Below are positions 30,557-39,598 of a DNA stretch of 64,000 nucleotides, in pieces. The translations under genes were made by a program, and so were the position numbers. The notes beneath the pieces were generated by a model. The model ran no database searches. It saw nothing but the letters and a program-made list of their open reading frames with translations, and had not been told where the DNA came from. Origin of the DNA: an uncultured bacterium (GTDB taxonomy: Bacteria > Babelota > Babeliae > Babelales > Vermiphilaceae); NCBI GenBank assembly GCA_963707655.1, contig OY970172.1:736001-800000 (forward strand), in the 5' to 3' direction. Position 1 is the stretch's first letter. The number at the start of each line of letters is the position of its first letter.

Positions 30557-31471
30557 ATGCATTTCTCCCGCACATGTTCCATTCTCATTATTAGCGGCCT
30601 ATTATGTATCCTTAACAGTAAAGCCCTGCCCGGCTCTGGCTACTTGTGGTCCCACAAACACAAAGAGGGTGATGTCAAACCATTCAGAGGGGGCAGAACC
30701 GCGCGACAGGCCTATGCCAAAACCCATGTAACCAAAACAATGCGTTATATGAACTTTCAAGAGATGGGGGAGCGCAAAAACCTGTTGGTTAGTTACAACG
30801 ACAAATACACTGCCATTAAATATGCGGAAAAAATGATTCCCCTGTGCAATGACCTACAAGAAAAAGGGAATATCATTCTTGAACTTGCCGATCTCTATTT
30901 TGATTGTGGCAACCTGAAAGATGCAGAATTGCGCTACAAAGAGTTCTATACTTTTTATCCGGGCAACACGAGCATAGAGTATGCTCACTATAAAGCTATT
31001 TTATGCAGTTTTCACACCATCTATTCCCCTGACCGAGATCAGACAAAGACCAAAGAAACGCTTGTTCTGACTACCGAATTCCTCAAAAACAACGAACAAT
31101 TTTCTACGTACCGCAAAGAAGTATTCAATGTTCATAGTCAATGTCAAAAGCAGATATTTGATAGCGAGGCTTCAATATTCCACTTCTACCTGAATCGCGA
31201 CAGCTTTAAAGCCGCACAAAAAAGGTTGGAAAAACTTGAAAAAGATTTTGTCGATGTATTGCCCGACGCCTCTATGCAGATAGCGCACTTTAAGCAAGAA
31301 TTTATTGCCAAGCAAAAAGAGCTTGGTCTTGCACCAACGCTGGAATTTAATCCTGACCACATGGTTACTTTCTCTGGACTCATGGCTGAAGAAGCGGCTG
31401 CAAAAAAAGAGAAAGAGGAACAGGCAAAAATGGCCTCAATCAACAAACAATCTATAGCTGACCGGCTTTAA
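30557..31471 (+). CDS. bamD: Outer-membrane protein assembly factor BamD-like
   Basis: TPR-like pattern, FYTFYPG..IEYAHY, DRDQTKT, IFHFYL...KAAQKRL. Confidence 0.7.
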   Translation: MHFSRTCSILIISGLLCILNSKALPGSGYLWSHKHKEGDVKPFRGGRTARQAYAKTHVTKTMRYMNFQEMGERKNLLVSYNDKYTAIKYAEKMIPLCNDLQEKGNIILELADLYFDCGNLKDAELRYKEFYTFYPGNTSIEYAHYKAILCSFHTIYSPDRDQTKTKETLVLTTEFLKNNEQFSTYRKEVFNVHSQCQKQIFDSEASIFHFYLNRDSFKAAQKRLEKLEKDFVDVLPDASMQIAHFKQEFIAKQKELGLAPTLEFNPDHMVTFSGLMAEEAAAKKEKEEQAKMASINKQSIADRL

Positions 31472-31474
31472 ACT

Positions 31475-31834
31475 ATGAGCAAACAACAAGGATTCGCGGC
31501 TGAAACTTTTGTTGCGCAATTTTTGGAAAAGAGCGGCTTTACCATTCTTGCACGCAACTATATGAGCCGCTATGGCGAAATTGATCTTATAGGCCTAAAA
31601 AGCGACATTCTTGTCTTTGTTGAGGTAAAGCAACGGACCAACAATTCCTTTGACCTCAGCGAGCTCATTACGGTGAGCAAACAAAAAAAAATTATTATTA
31701 CCGCCAAAGAATTTCTTACCAAACATCATTATGATGAAAAAATATGCCGATTTGACGTAGCGCTGCTTGAAGGGGCGCTGCCTGCACCGGTATTAACGTA
31801 TATTCCCAATGCATACACTGACGGTAACTCATGA
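31475..31834 (+). CDS. yraN: YraN family (UPF0102) putative endonuclease
   Basis: GFTILARNY, GEIDLI, VFVEVK, RFDV. Confidence 0.9.
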   Translation: MSKQQGFAAETFVAQFLEKSGFTILARNYMSRYGEIDLIGLKSDILVFVEVKQRTNNSFDLSELITVSKQKKIIITAKEFLTKHHYDEKICRFDVALLEGALPAPVLTYIPNAYTDGNS

Positions 31835-32472
31835 ACAATGTCACAAAACGGATAATAACCGGATTATTACTTTTTTTGTTACTTATCATATTTCTTTTCT
31901 ACCTGCCCCCATTTTATTTTTCAGCTGCATTGCTGCTTATGTTGGCAGAAGTTGTACTTGTTGAATGGCCAACGCTGGCCAGGACCAGCACATGGTTGTG
32001 GCTTGTTACCCCCGCGTATCTCTTTGTCCCTTTTGGCTGTTTGATTTCTCTTAATTATTATTCGCCATGGCTCTTGTTTTTACTCTTCACCTTTGTTGCG
32101 CTGTTTGACACTGCTGCCTATGTGGCAGGAAAAATTGCCGGCAGACATAAAATCGCTCCGCGCATCAGCCCGGGAAAAACGTGGGAAGGTTTTTGTGGCG
32201 GCTTTTTGGCACTCCTGTTCGCCATGCTTTTATTGAGTCATAAAGAAAATAATACGTTTATTGCTTCTTTTATGCTGGCTCTTATTATTGCGTGCCTGGC
32301 GCTGATGGGTGATTTGGCAGAATCATGGCTCAAAAGAAGGGCGAACATCAAAGATTCCGGCTCATTATTACCCGGCCACGGTGGCCTGCTTGACAGAATT
32401 GACGGATTGCTGCCGGTAAGTATTTTCTTTTATATTGTAAAAAGCTCTATGCTCACGCTATTCGGCCAATAG
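31831..32472 (+). CDS. cdsA: Phosphatidate cytidylyltransferase
   Basis: ISPGKTWEG, GDLAESWLKR, KDSGSLLPGHGGLLDRID. Confidence 0.93.
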   Translation: MNNVTKRIITGLLLFLLLIIFLFYLPPFYFSAALLLMLAEVVLVEWPTLARTSTWLWLVTPAYLFVPFGCLISLNYYSPWLLFLLFTFVALFDTAAYVAGKIAGRHKIAPRISPGKTWEGFCGGFLALLFAMLLLSHKENNTFIASFMLALIIACLALMGDLAESWLKRRANIKDSGSLLPGHGGLLDRIDGLLPVSIFFYIVKSSMLTLFGQ

Positions 32473-32555
32473 ATAGGGATTGATACTATCTTTTCTGCAA
32501 CGCATTTCAGTATACTTTAATTATAGAGTCAGTATTGAAGTGACGAAGAAAGAGG

Positions 32556-33350
32556 ATGGCAAGCATGAAAGCAGTTTATATCTTCATTATCAGCATTTCT
32601 TTCACACTCAATGCAATGGACTCTTCCAGTAGTGACAGCACCGAAGATATGAGCCATCCAACAATTGTACTTGACGTAGATCTTATTAGTGATGAAATGC
32701 CAACAGAAGATACCTATTCCTCGGGTCTTTCCGGCGCGCGAAAGATGTGTCGAAGTTTTAGTCTGCCAATATTGACAAAACTGGGCTGGAAAAAGAAACA
32801 AATAATAACCACGGGACAAGAATTGGCAAAAACAATACACGGCGCAACCAGCGTTACCAAGCAAACATTTGAAAATCTCGGGTTCGAGTTCAATGAGGAG
32901 CAAATCAAGCTCCTGACCTCATTGGGTGTTAAACCCCGGCCAAAAGAAGAAGGAATACAACTTGCTCAAACCCTGCATAAAAAAGGGTTTTCTCTCATTC
33001 TTGCGACACATCACGATCTTCATCATTATCGAGAGTATATTAAGCATATGGAATCGGAGCACAAGATAGTAATTCCCGATATCTTTAAAGGAGCGGTGGT
33101 AATTAAGGGTCCTTATAAAAACGACTATGATACGAGCAATATCCCCTATTTTATTTCGCATAAAGCCCGTCCATCGGCAGAATATAGCAAGGGAATTCAT
33201 TATTTGAATAATAATGCACCCGCTATCTTGTTTGATACTGATAAAAGCGCGGCAGACAAGCATGATGAATCCAGCAACATTACTGCTCATCATGTATCAA
33301 CTGCTGCTCAGGTAGAAGAAATCTTGCGTATGCTAGGATATCTGCAATAA
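32556..33350 (+). CDS. Secreted HAD-superfamily-like protein
   Basis: Signal peptide LNA|MDS; IVLDVD (motif I-like) and ILFD (motif IV-like). Confidence 0.55.
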   Translation: MASMKAVYIFIISISFTLNAMDSSSSDSTEDMSHPTIVLDVDLISDEMPTEDTYSSGLSGARKMCRSFSLPILTKLGWKKKQIITTGQELAKTIHGATSVTKQTFENLGFEFNEEQIKLLTSLGVKPRPKEEGIQLAQTLHKKGFSLILATHHDLHHYREYIKHMESEHKIVIPDIFKGAVVIKGPYKNDYDTSNIPYFISHKARPSAEYSKGIHYLNNNAPAILFDTDKSAADKHDESSNITAHHVSTAAQVEEILRMLGYLQ

Positions 33351-33352
33351 CT

Positions 33353-34603
33353 CTATTTCTTCAAATAATCAACCAACGCGGCCTGCGCCACTGTTTCTTC
33401 CGTTCCGGTAACCATATTTTTTACCGTGATTATTTTGTTCTCTTGCTCCTGCGCACCAATAATTAATGCATGCGCCGCACCAAGCTTATTTGCCTTGCGC
33501 ATCATGCTTTTCATTGATCCTTCAAGCAAAACTTCTGCCCCAATATCATGCGCGCGCAACTCATCTGCAATTAAAAGCGCCAATGGTTGTTGCTCTTTTT
33601 CTACGGGAATTATTGCCTGTACCGCTTTTTGTTGCGGTAACTTGAGTGTATCTTTCATCTGCTCAAGCAGCAGCATTAATCGCTCAACCCCTATGGCCGC
33701 GCCAACAGCATGTTGATCAGTTTTGCCGCCCAGCATGGCAACCAAATGATCATAGCGACCACCAGCGCAAAAGGCATTTTGCGCTCCTAAATTGGCACTC
33801 ACAAATTCAAATACTGTTTTGCTGTAATAATCGAGACCACGCACCAGCGTTGGTTGATGCGCATACGAGATAGAGAGCAGATCTAGCTGCTCTTTTACTT
33901 GCTCCCATTCCAGTGAACAAGCGCTACACAAATGATCGGTAATTTTTGGTGCTTTGGTAAAGAGCAGTTGGCACTGTTGATTTTTGCAATCAAAAACACG
34001 CATTACATTTTTTTCAAGACGCTCTTTGCACTGAGGGCACAGCTCTTCAAAGTGATTATTTTTTAAGAAGTTGTATAAAAGGTCGCGATATGCTTTTCTA
34101 TCTTCTGCGCAGCCCAAAAAGTTTATAAGCAGCGCGTATGAAGTGATCGCCAATCGCTCATGAAACAGACGATCAAGCATAGCGATCAGCTCAACATCAT
34201 GCAAAATAGAAGGTGCACCAATAATTTCAAAGCTCATTTGATTAAATTGGCGATAACGCCCTTTTTGCGGACGCTCATAGCGAAACATGGGACCCCAGGT
34301 GAAGACGCGCCAGGGGAGTTGATCGATACCATTTTCAATAAAGGCGCGCGCAATGGGTGCGGTAGCCTCGGGGCGCAAACAGATGCTTTCTTCTTCATCA
34401 TGAGTTTTAATATAAAACATCTCTTTGTTTACCACATCGGTCTCAATGCCCAAAGAGCGTTTAAAGAGATCGGCCTGCTCGAGCAGCGGCAGCATGATTT
34501 CTTTGAATTGATAGAGTGCGGCCTGCTTTGAAGCATGGGTGATGATAAAATTGAATAAAGTAAGGTCTAAAAAATCTTGGGTGCCTTTAACACGGGTAAT
34601 CAT
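33353..34603 (-). CDS. hisS: Histidyl-tRNA synthetase
   Basis: RVKGTQDF, LRPEATA, FRYERPQKGRYRQF, LVRGLDYY, GGRYD. Confidence 0.97.
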   Translation of the reverse strand: MITRVKGTQDFLDLTLFNFIITHASKQAALYQFKEIMLPLLEQADLFKRSLGIETDVVNKEMFYIKTHDEEESICLRPEATAPIARAFIENGIDQLPWRVFTWGPMFRYERPQKGRYRQFNQMSFEIIGAPSILHDVELIAMLDRLFHERLAITSYALLINFLGCAEDRKAYRDLLYNFLKNNHFEELCPQCKERLEKNVMRVFDCKNQQCQLLFTKAPKITDHLCSACSLEWEQVKEQLDLLSISYAHQPTLVRGLDYYSKTVFEFVSANLGAQNAFCAGGRYDHLVAMLGGKTDQHAVGAAIGVERLMLLLEQMKDTLKLPQQKAVQAIIPVEKEQQPLALLIADELRAHDIGAEVLLEGSMKSMMRKANKLGAAHALIIGAQEQENKIITVKNMVTGTEETVAQAALVDYLKK

Positions 34604-34762
34604 AGTAAAATTCCTATCGGAATCAAATCATGTTTTTATTATTTTTCATAGCTTATCATACTACAAATTTTTTTTGTTTAAAAAATTGATTTGTGCGAAA
34701 ACAAAATGGTATGTATGGAATTAGTGTTCCATTTTCATCTTATTTAATACGGGAGTTGTATA

Positions 34763-36328
34763 ATGAATAAACGCATTGCATTGATGCTGCTGGTAGCAGC
34801 CAGTTCTGCATCGCATAAAATGCTGGCGATGAGTCAGTGTTTTAACCCTGAAGGAAATCTTGAGGTAAAAGCCTTAAGCAAATCATTTTTCTCGGTGCGC
34901 CCTCCTTTTCAATTAAACTCTCCTGAATTTTTAGCAGGCTGGTGGTATGACCGCCTTGATGCAAAAGGCAAAGAATGCCGCAACGGCACGCTGCAGCTTG
35001 TTGGCCTTGGTGGAAAATCAACCGATGCCTACAACTTGGCTCGCTATTTTACCTTTAATAACAGTTCAGTGCTGCACATTGTGGAACAATCGGGCATCCC
35101 TGCCACTGATATTTTATCTGAACAAGTGGATATTTACAGCGTAGACGGCACTTTTGAAAGCTTTCTTGCTTTAAAGCCCCGCTATAGTTTTGGCGGATTG
35201 GGCATTTCTTACCGTCAAGAATTTGCGCAACGCAGTGATGGCCGCGCCTTCTGGTTCTTGGCATCCGCACCAATAATCAATATTAAAACCGGCATGCATT
35301 TAGAAGAAACCATTATTAATGATGGTGGCGGTGTAAATCCGGCGGTTCCCGGCGCCGTGCCAAATGCGGTAGAAGCGTTTTCACAAACAGCTTTTGATTT
35401 TGGCAAAATTTTGTGCGAAAACAAAACCAAAACCGGGTTGGGTGACCTTACCTTGCTCCTTGGTTACAAAACAATAGCTCATGAAGATTATAGCATGAAT
35501 GGCTACATTGGTATGATCGCGCCAACGGGCAGCCGTGTAAAATCAAAAGAGATGTTTGAAGCGGTAGTTGGTAACAATCACCACTTTGGCGCCTTGCTTG
35601 GCAGCTCTGCCAGTGTTTCTCTCTGGGAATGTGAAAATGGCTCCTGCCTTGATTTTGAATTTAGCGCTCACGGTCAATTTCTCTTTAAAAGACATGAAGT
35701 GCGTTCTTTTGATTTGAAAAACAAACCATGGAGCCGCTACATGCAAATGTACGCGAACGTAGCCGCTGCAGAAGCAGCTTTTGCTGCCGACGATCTTTAT
35801 TCAAATACAACACCGGGGATCAACATTCTAACCCAACCGGTACAAGTGTATCCCGGTTTTTCAAGCACCAGCAATACGGCAGTGGTCTTTACCTCATGCG
35901 ATGGCAACAAACAATTTGAATTGGGCTACAACTTTTACGCCCGCCAATCAGAGTATGTTGAGCTTGCCTGCCCGTGGCAAGTGGGTCCGGCGCTTAAATC
36001 ATTACTTGGTTTAGGTGGCGCAACCGACAGCGTGCAACAAATAGGCAATAACTATGGCGGCAACAACGTAGTTAATCCCGATGGTGCTCCTGCCGTGTTC
36101 TCAGTTGCTGACTATAACAGCACGCAAATACAGGTAACCGATCTTGATCTGCTTTCTGCTACCCATCCGGCAATCATCAGCAATACGGTGTATGCAAATG
36201 TAACCTACCGTTGCGATGCACATGAATATCCACGATTCATCGCCTTGGGTGGCTCTTATGAATTTGAAGAGGACAACACTACGTTGAACCGTTGGACCAT
36301 ATGGTTAAAAGGTGGCATTTCATTTTAA
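34763..36328 (+). CDS. Large putative outer-membrane beta-barrel, paralog A
   Basis: Signal peptide, amphipathic strands, C-terminal WLKGGISF; shares motifs with 39599..41437. Confidence 0.75.
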   Translation: MNKRIALMLLVAASSASHKMLAMSQCFNPEGNLEVKALSKSFFSVRPPFQLNSPEFLAGWWYDRLDAKGKECRNGTLQLVGLGGKSTDAYNLARYFTFNNSSVLHIVEQSGIPATDILSEQVDIYSVDGTFESFLALKPRYSFGGLGISYRQEFAQRSDGRAFWFLASAPIINIKTGMHLEETIINDGGGVNPAVPGAVPNAVEAFSQTAFDFGKILCENKTKTGLGDLTLLLGYKTIAHEDYSMNGYIGMIAPTGSRVKSKEMFEAVVGNNHHFGALLGSSASVSLWECENGSCLDFEFSAHGQFLFKRHEVRSFDLKNKPWSRYMQMYANVAAAEAAFAADDLYSNTTPGINILTQPVQVYPGFSSTSNTAVVFTSCDGNKQFELGYNFYARQSEYVELACPWQVGPALKSLLGLGGATDSVQQIGNNYGGNNVVNPDGAPAVFSVADYNSTQIQVTDLDLLSATHPAIISNTVYANVTYRCDAHEYPRFIALGGSYEFEEDNTTLNRWTIWLKGGISF

Positions 36329-36354
36329 AATTTAATCAATAAAAAGGATATCTT

Positions 36355-38013
36355 ATGAATATCAAACAAAGCATACTACTCATCATGCTTTTTGCTGTCG
36401 CCGGCACTATGGCAATGGCCGCCAAGTACCCAAACACGAGTGTTGGCACGAACAAAGCTAATGCCGATGCAATGGCACTCTTAAAACAAGACATTTTTGG
36501 CGATACAGAGCTTACGGGTGTGACAAACATTATCAATCTCTTAAAAAGCAGAAAACAAAATTTAATTGCTGCCAATCTAGAAAAAGCGCTTTATCGGAAA
36601 ATTGCCGCTGGCAAGGAGCGTGATATCGAGACCTTGAAAGAAGGGATTAGAGCTAGAGCAGGACAATTGGCCGGTCGAGAAGAAGAATACGCAGAGTTGG
36701 AAAACAAATATCGCGAAAAATTAGCACAAGCAGAAGAGTCTGCAGCAAGAGCTAATGATCTTATGCAAGAGCGTGATAGCCTGCAACGTGAACTCGCAGA
36801 CGCAACGAGCAAAGGGGACACAGCTGCAATCGACAAGCTCAAACAGGACAATCTTGATCTTCAGGTCCAAATAACAAGGGCCGCAACAGAGCAAGCTCAG
36901 GCTAAGCAAGCATTAGAGCTGGCTAAAGCAACAGCCGCAGAGGTAGAGCGAAAATTTAACGAAGAAAGACAAAGAGCTCTTGATGCCTTCACGGAACAGA
37001 TTAATGATATTGTGAATCATTCAAAGCAATTGGCATCGGATATTGGAAAATTATTAGGTGATGATGCAACACGCGCTGCAACACTGCCTATTTTATTATC
37101 TTCAACTAAAGAATCGCTTGACGTAGTTGCCCTTCGTGCTCAAGATGACAAGAAACTGCAAACAGCTTTACTCAACGAAGCCAACAACCACCAAAGTAGT
37201 GTTAAAGATTATGCTCGTTGGATAATTATTAATGCGGCTCAAGGTGGGCATAAGTGGGCAGAAGACGCGTTAGTTAAGAATACGCACCTGGTAAAAAATG
37301 GTACAATTGAAGTACCAGCGCTCCATGAGTGGAGCCGTGATGCAATTGTACTTATGTCACCACAGTATGATTGGGCATTTAAAAAAGTAGTCGCATTGCT
37401 CGATCATAACGACAATGAACCTGCGCTACAAACGTTTGCCAAAGTGCAAGCTGACAAAGGCAATGCGAACTTTGCAAAATATTTAGTGGAAAAAGCTGTT
37501 TATGCCGCATGGAACTATGATTCTAAGCTCGGCACAGACTACGGCACATGGGTTCTGTGTATTCTCAAGAATAGCTCAGCAGCAGGGAGAGCTTGGGCTA
37601 GAGACGCAATTAAGGCAATGGCCAGCGAGCAATTAGAAATGTTTAATGACCTTCATTACAAATTTACCAGTGAGAAGATAAGAGGAGCGATACGCAACAA
37701 AAACAGCGAAAAAACTTACATAGATCAAGCACGCGCATGGGCTGTCAACCCAAACTACAAATGCTCATACACGCCGAATAATGCTTACGCAGGAAAAAAA
37801 CTTCCTGCGCAACCAAAAACGGGACGTTACAAAGTGCCTAAGCGGCCTGACTATATCCCTGAAGATACTTCTAAGCCTGTCGCGTCGCCTAGCGAGCCTG
37901 CTGAAGAGTCTGAAATGCCAGAGCCAGTAGCAGAGCCTGTTGCATCGCCTAGCGAGCCTGCTGAAGAGTCTGAAACGCCAGAGCCAATTGGAGGAAATCC
38001 TTTTTCTGATTAG
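36355..38013 (+). CDS. Secreted coiled-coil / helical-repeat protein with a Pro/Glu tail ending NPFSD
   Basis: Signal peptide, coiled coil, Sel1-like A..G...A helices, duplicated tail. Confidence 0.8.
   Translation: MNIKQSILLIMLFAVAGTMAMAAKYPNTSVGTNKANADAMALLKQDIFGDTELTGVTNIINLLKSRKQNLIAANLEKALYRKIAAGKERDIETLKEGIRARAGQLAGREEEYAELENKYREKLAQAEESAARANDLMQERDSLQRELADATSKGDTAAIDKLKQDNLDLQVQITRAATEQAQAKQALELAKATAAEVERKFNEERQRALDAFTEQINDIVNHSKQLASDIGKLLGDDATRAATLPILLSSTKESLDVVALRAQDDKKLQTALLNEANNHQSSVKDYARWIIINAAQGGHKWAEDALVKNTHLVKNGTIEVPALHEWSRDAIVLMSPQYDWAFKKVVALLDHNDNEPALQTFAKVQADKGNANFAKYLVEKAVYAAWNYDSKLGTDYGTWVLCILKNSSAAGRAWARDAIKAMASEQLEMFNDLHYKFTSEKIRGAIRNKNSEKTYIDQARAWAVNPNYKCSYTPNNAYAGKKLPAQPKTGRYKVPKRPDYIPEDTSKPVASPSEPAEESEMPEPVAEPVASPSEPAEESETPEPIGGNPFSD
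37876..37986 (+). repeat. Tandem duplication, 60-bp period
   Basis: Two copies encoding PVASPSEPAEESE(M/T)PEP at 37876 and 37936. Confidence 0.9.
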
Positions 38014-38042
38014 CATCATCTAGACTTATTTGCAAAATAATG

Positions 38043-38082
38043 ATTCCCTCTTTGTGTTACGCACAGAGAGGGAATTTCTTTT
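38043..38082 (+). terminator. Intrinsic terminator
   Basis: ATTCCCTCTTTGTG/CACAGAGAGGGAAT hairpin followed by TTCTTTT. Confidence 0.7.
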
Positions 38083-38095
38083 AGGGGCTTCATCA

Positions 38096-38818
38096 ATGAT
38101 ATACCATGAACCGAGAATAAAAATTTATTTTGGCGAAAAGGAAGATCAGCTGTATCAAGATGAATATCGTAAACTTACAGATACTCATCAATTGCTTGAG
38201 CATGCTTCTTTCGCTCGCCTCAAGCCGCTTATGGGATTAGAAAATCTTATCTTTTTGCGTCAGACTCACTCCATCCATGGCCTTACAGTAGGCAACAATG
38301 CAAAATCATTTTCCTCTTTTTTGCATGAAGGTGATTTTTTAATCACACAAGAGCGCGGCATAGGCATAGGAGTTATGACTGCCGATTGCGCACCGCTGTT
38401 GCTCTATGATATGAAAAACCATGCTATTGGCGCGGTTCATGCGGGCTGGCGGGGAACGGTAAATCAGATTCTTGCTCACGCACTGCAGGCTATGCACACG
38501 GCGTTTAAAACCGATCCTGAGCATCTGCGCGTGTATTGTGGACCAATGGCACGCTCATGTTGTTATGAAGTTACTCCCGATTTTTTATCTCATCTGCACC
38601 ATTTTTCTTTTGCAGATCAGCTCATACAAAAGCGTGGCGAAAAACTTTTTTTCGATTCTCTTTTGTGCAACCGCCTGCAGTTGCAAGCTTTGGGCGTTGC
38701 GTCTGAAAATATTAGCCTGCGCTACGCACACTGCACGATTGAAAATGATTCTTTCTTTTCTCATCGTCGCTCTCCTGCCGACTCAGGCAGACAAATGAGC
38801 GTCATTGCATTGCAATGA
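38096..38818 (+). CDS. pgeF: PgeF/YfiH family (peptidoglycan editing factor / purine nucleoside phosphorylase)
   Basis: QTHS, TADCAP, HAGWRG, CCYEV, FFSHRR, GRQ. Confidence 0.92.
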   Translation: MIYHEPRIKIYFGEKEDQLYQDEYRKLTDTHQLLEHASFARLKPLMGLENLIFLRQTHSIHGLTVGNNAKSFSSFLHEGDFLITQERGIGIGVMTADCAPLLLYDMKNHAIGAVHAGWRGTVNQILAHALQAMHTAFKTDPEHLRVYCGPMARSCCYEVTPDFLSHLHHFSFADQLIQKRGEKLFFDSLLCNRLQLQALGVASENISLRYAHCTIENDSFFSHRRSPADSGRQMSVIALQ

Positions 38819-38829
38819 ATCAAGATTAC

Positions 38830-39504
38830 TCAGGTGTTGAGCAGTTCATTTTTTATAAAAAGAGCATTGCCAAAAAACCATGATGGTTGATCAGTAAAGT
38901 CTTGAGCGACCAATGCAAAACCTTGTGATTCGATCCACGTTTTCAGTTCATGGTACAGGGGTTGCTCTTTATACGCATGAATAAAATGCACTTCGGTATA
39001 AATTGCCTTTACTGTTTTTAAAATATGTTGAGCCCCCTGCAGTATAGCCAATTCATGCCCCTGCGCATCGAGCCAGAGAAAATCAACGGCAGAAACAGTA
39101 TAGCGTTTTGCCCAGTCATCAAGAGTCGTGGTGGGCACTGTGATAGTTGTTGGATACACCGCATCTGAATGCAGCAATCTTTCATGCGGTTCATGCAGTG
39201 AGCCGGCCTGGAACGGTTTATCTGGCCGTGAGGGCTTTTGAGAGACATGAAAAAGTGCCATGCCGGTTTTGTTGCTCAACCCCATGTTATAACGATGAAT
39301 ATGCGGATACGATGCAGTGTTTTGCTCGAGAAGCGCAAAAATTTCTGGCACCGGTTCAAAGGCATGTATGGTAGCATTTGGCCAAAAAGCAGCCAATTTT
39401 TTTGTATCTGAACCATTGAATGTGCCGGCTTCTACAATGCATGGCGACGACGGCAAATATGGTTTTAACAGAGGAAAAAGTTCATGTTTTTTAATCAGAG
39501 TCAT
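38830..39504 (-). CDS. FkbM-family methyltransferase
   Basis: VEAG..NG, HAFEP, TTTLDD, DFLWLDAQGHEL. Confidence 0.88.
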   Translation of the reverse strand: MTLIKKHELFPLLKPYLPSSPCIVEAGTFNGSDTKKLAAFWPNATIHAFEPVPEIFALLEQNTASYPHIHRYNMGLSNKTGMALFHVSQKPSRPDKPFQAGSLHEPHERLLHSDAVYPTTITVPTTTLDDWAKRYTVSAVDFLWLDAQGHELAILQGAQHILKTVKAIYTEVHFIHAYKEQPLYHELKTWIESQGFALVAQDFTDQPSWFFGNALFIKNELLNT

Positions 39505-39598
39505 GGCTATATTTTTTTACGCGGTAGTTGTCATCCGTTGAGCGCGGATGTATTATCTAAAAATCAGTCTTGATGATAGTATAGCAAAAAAAGGAATA

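Noticed and set aside
38030..38095. N-terminal extension of pgeF in the ORF track
   Set aside because: It runs through the upstream gene's terminator; ATG 38096 has an AGGGG RBS.
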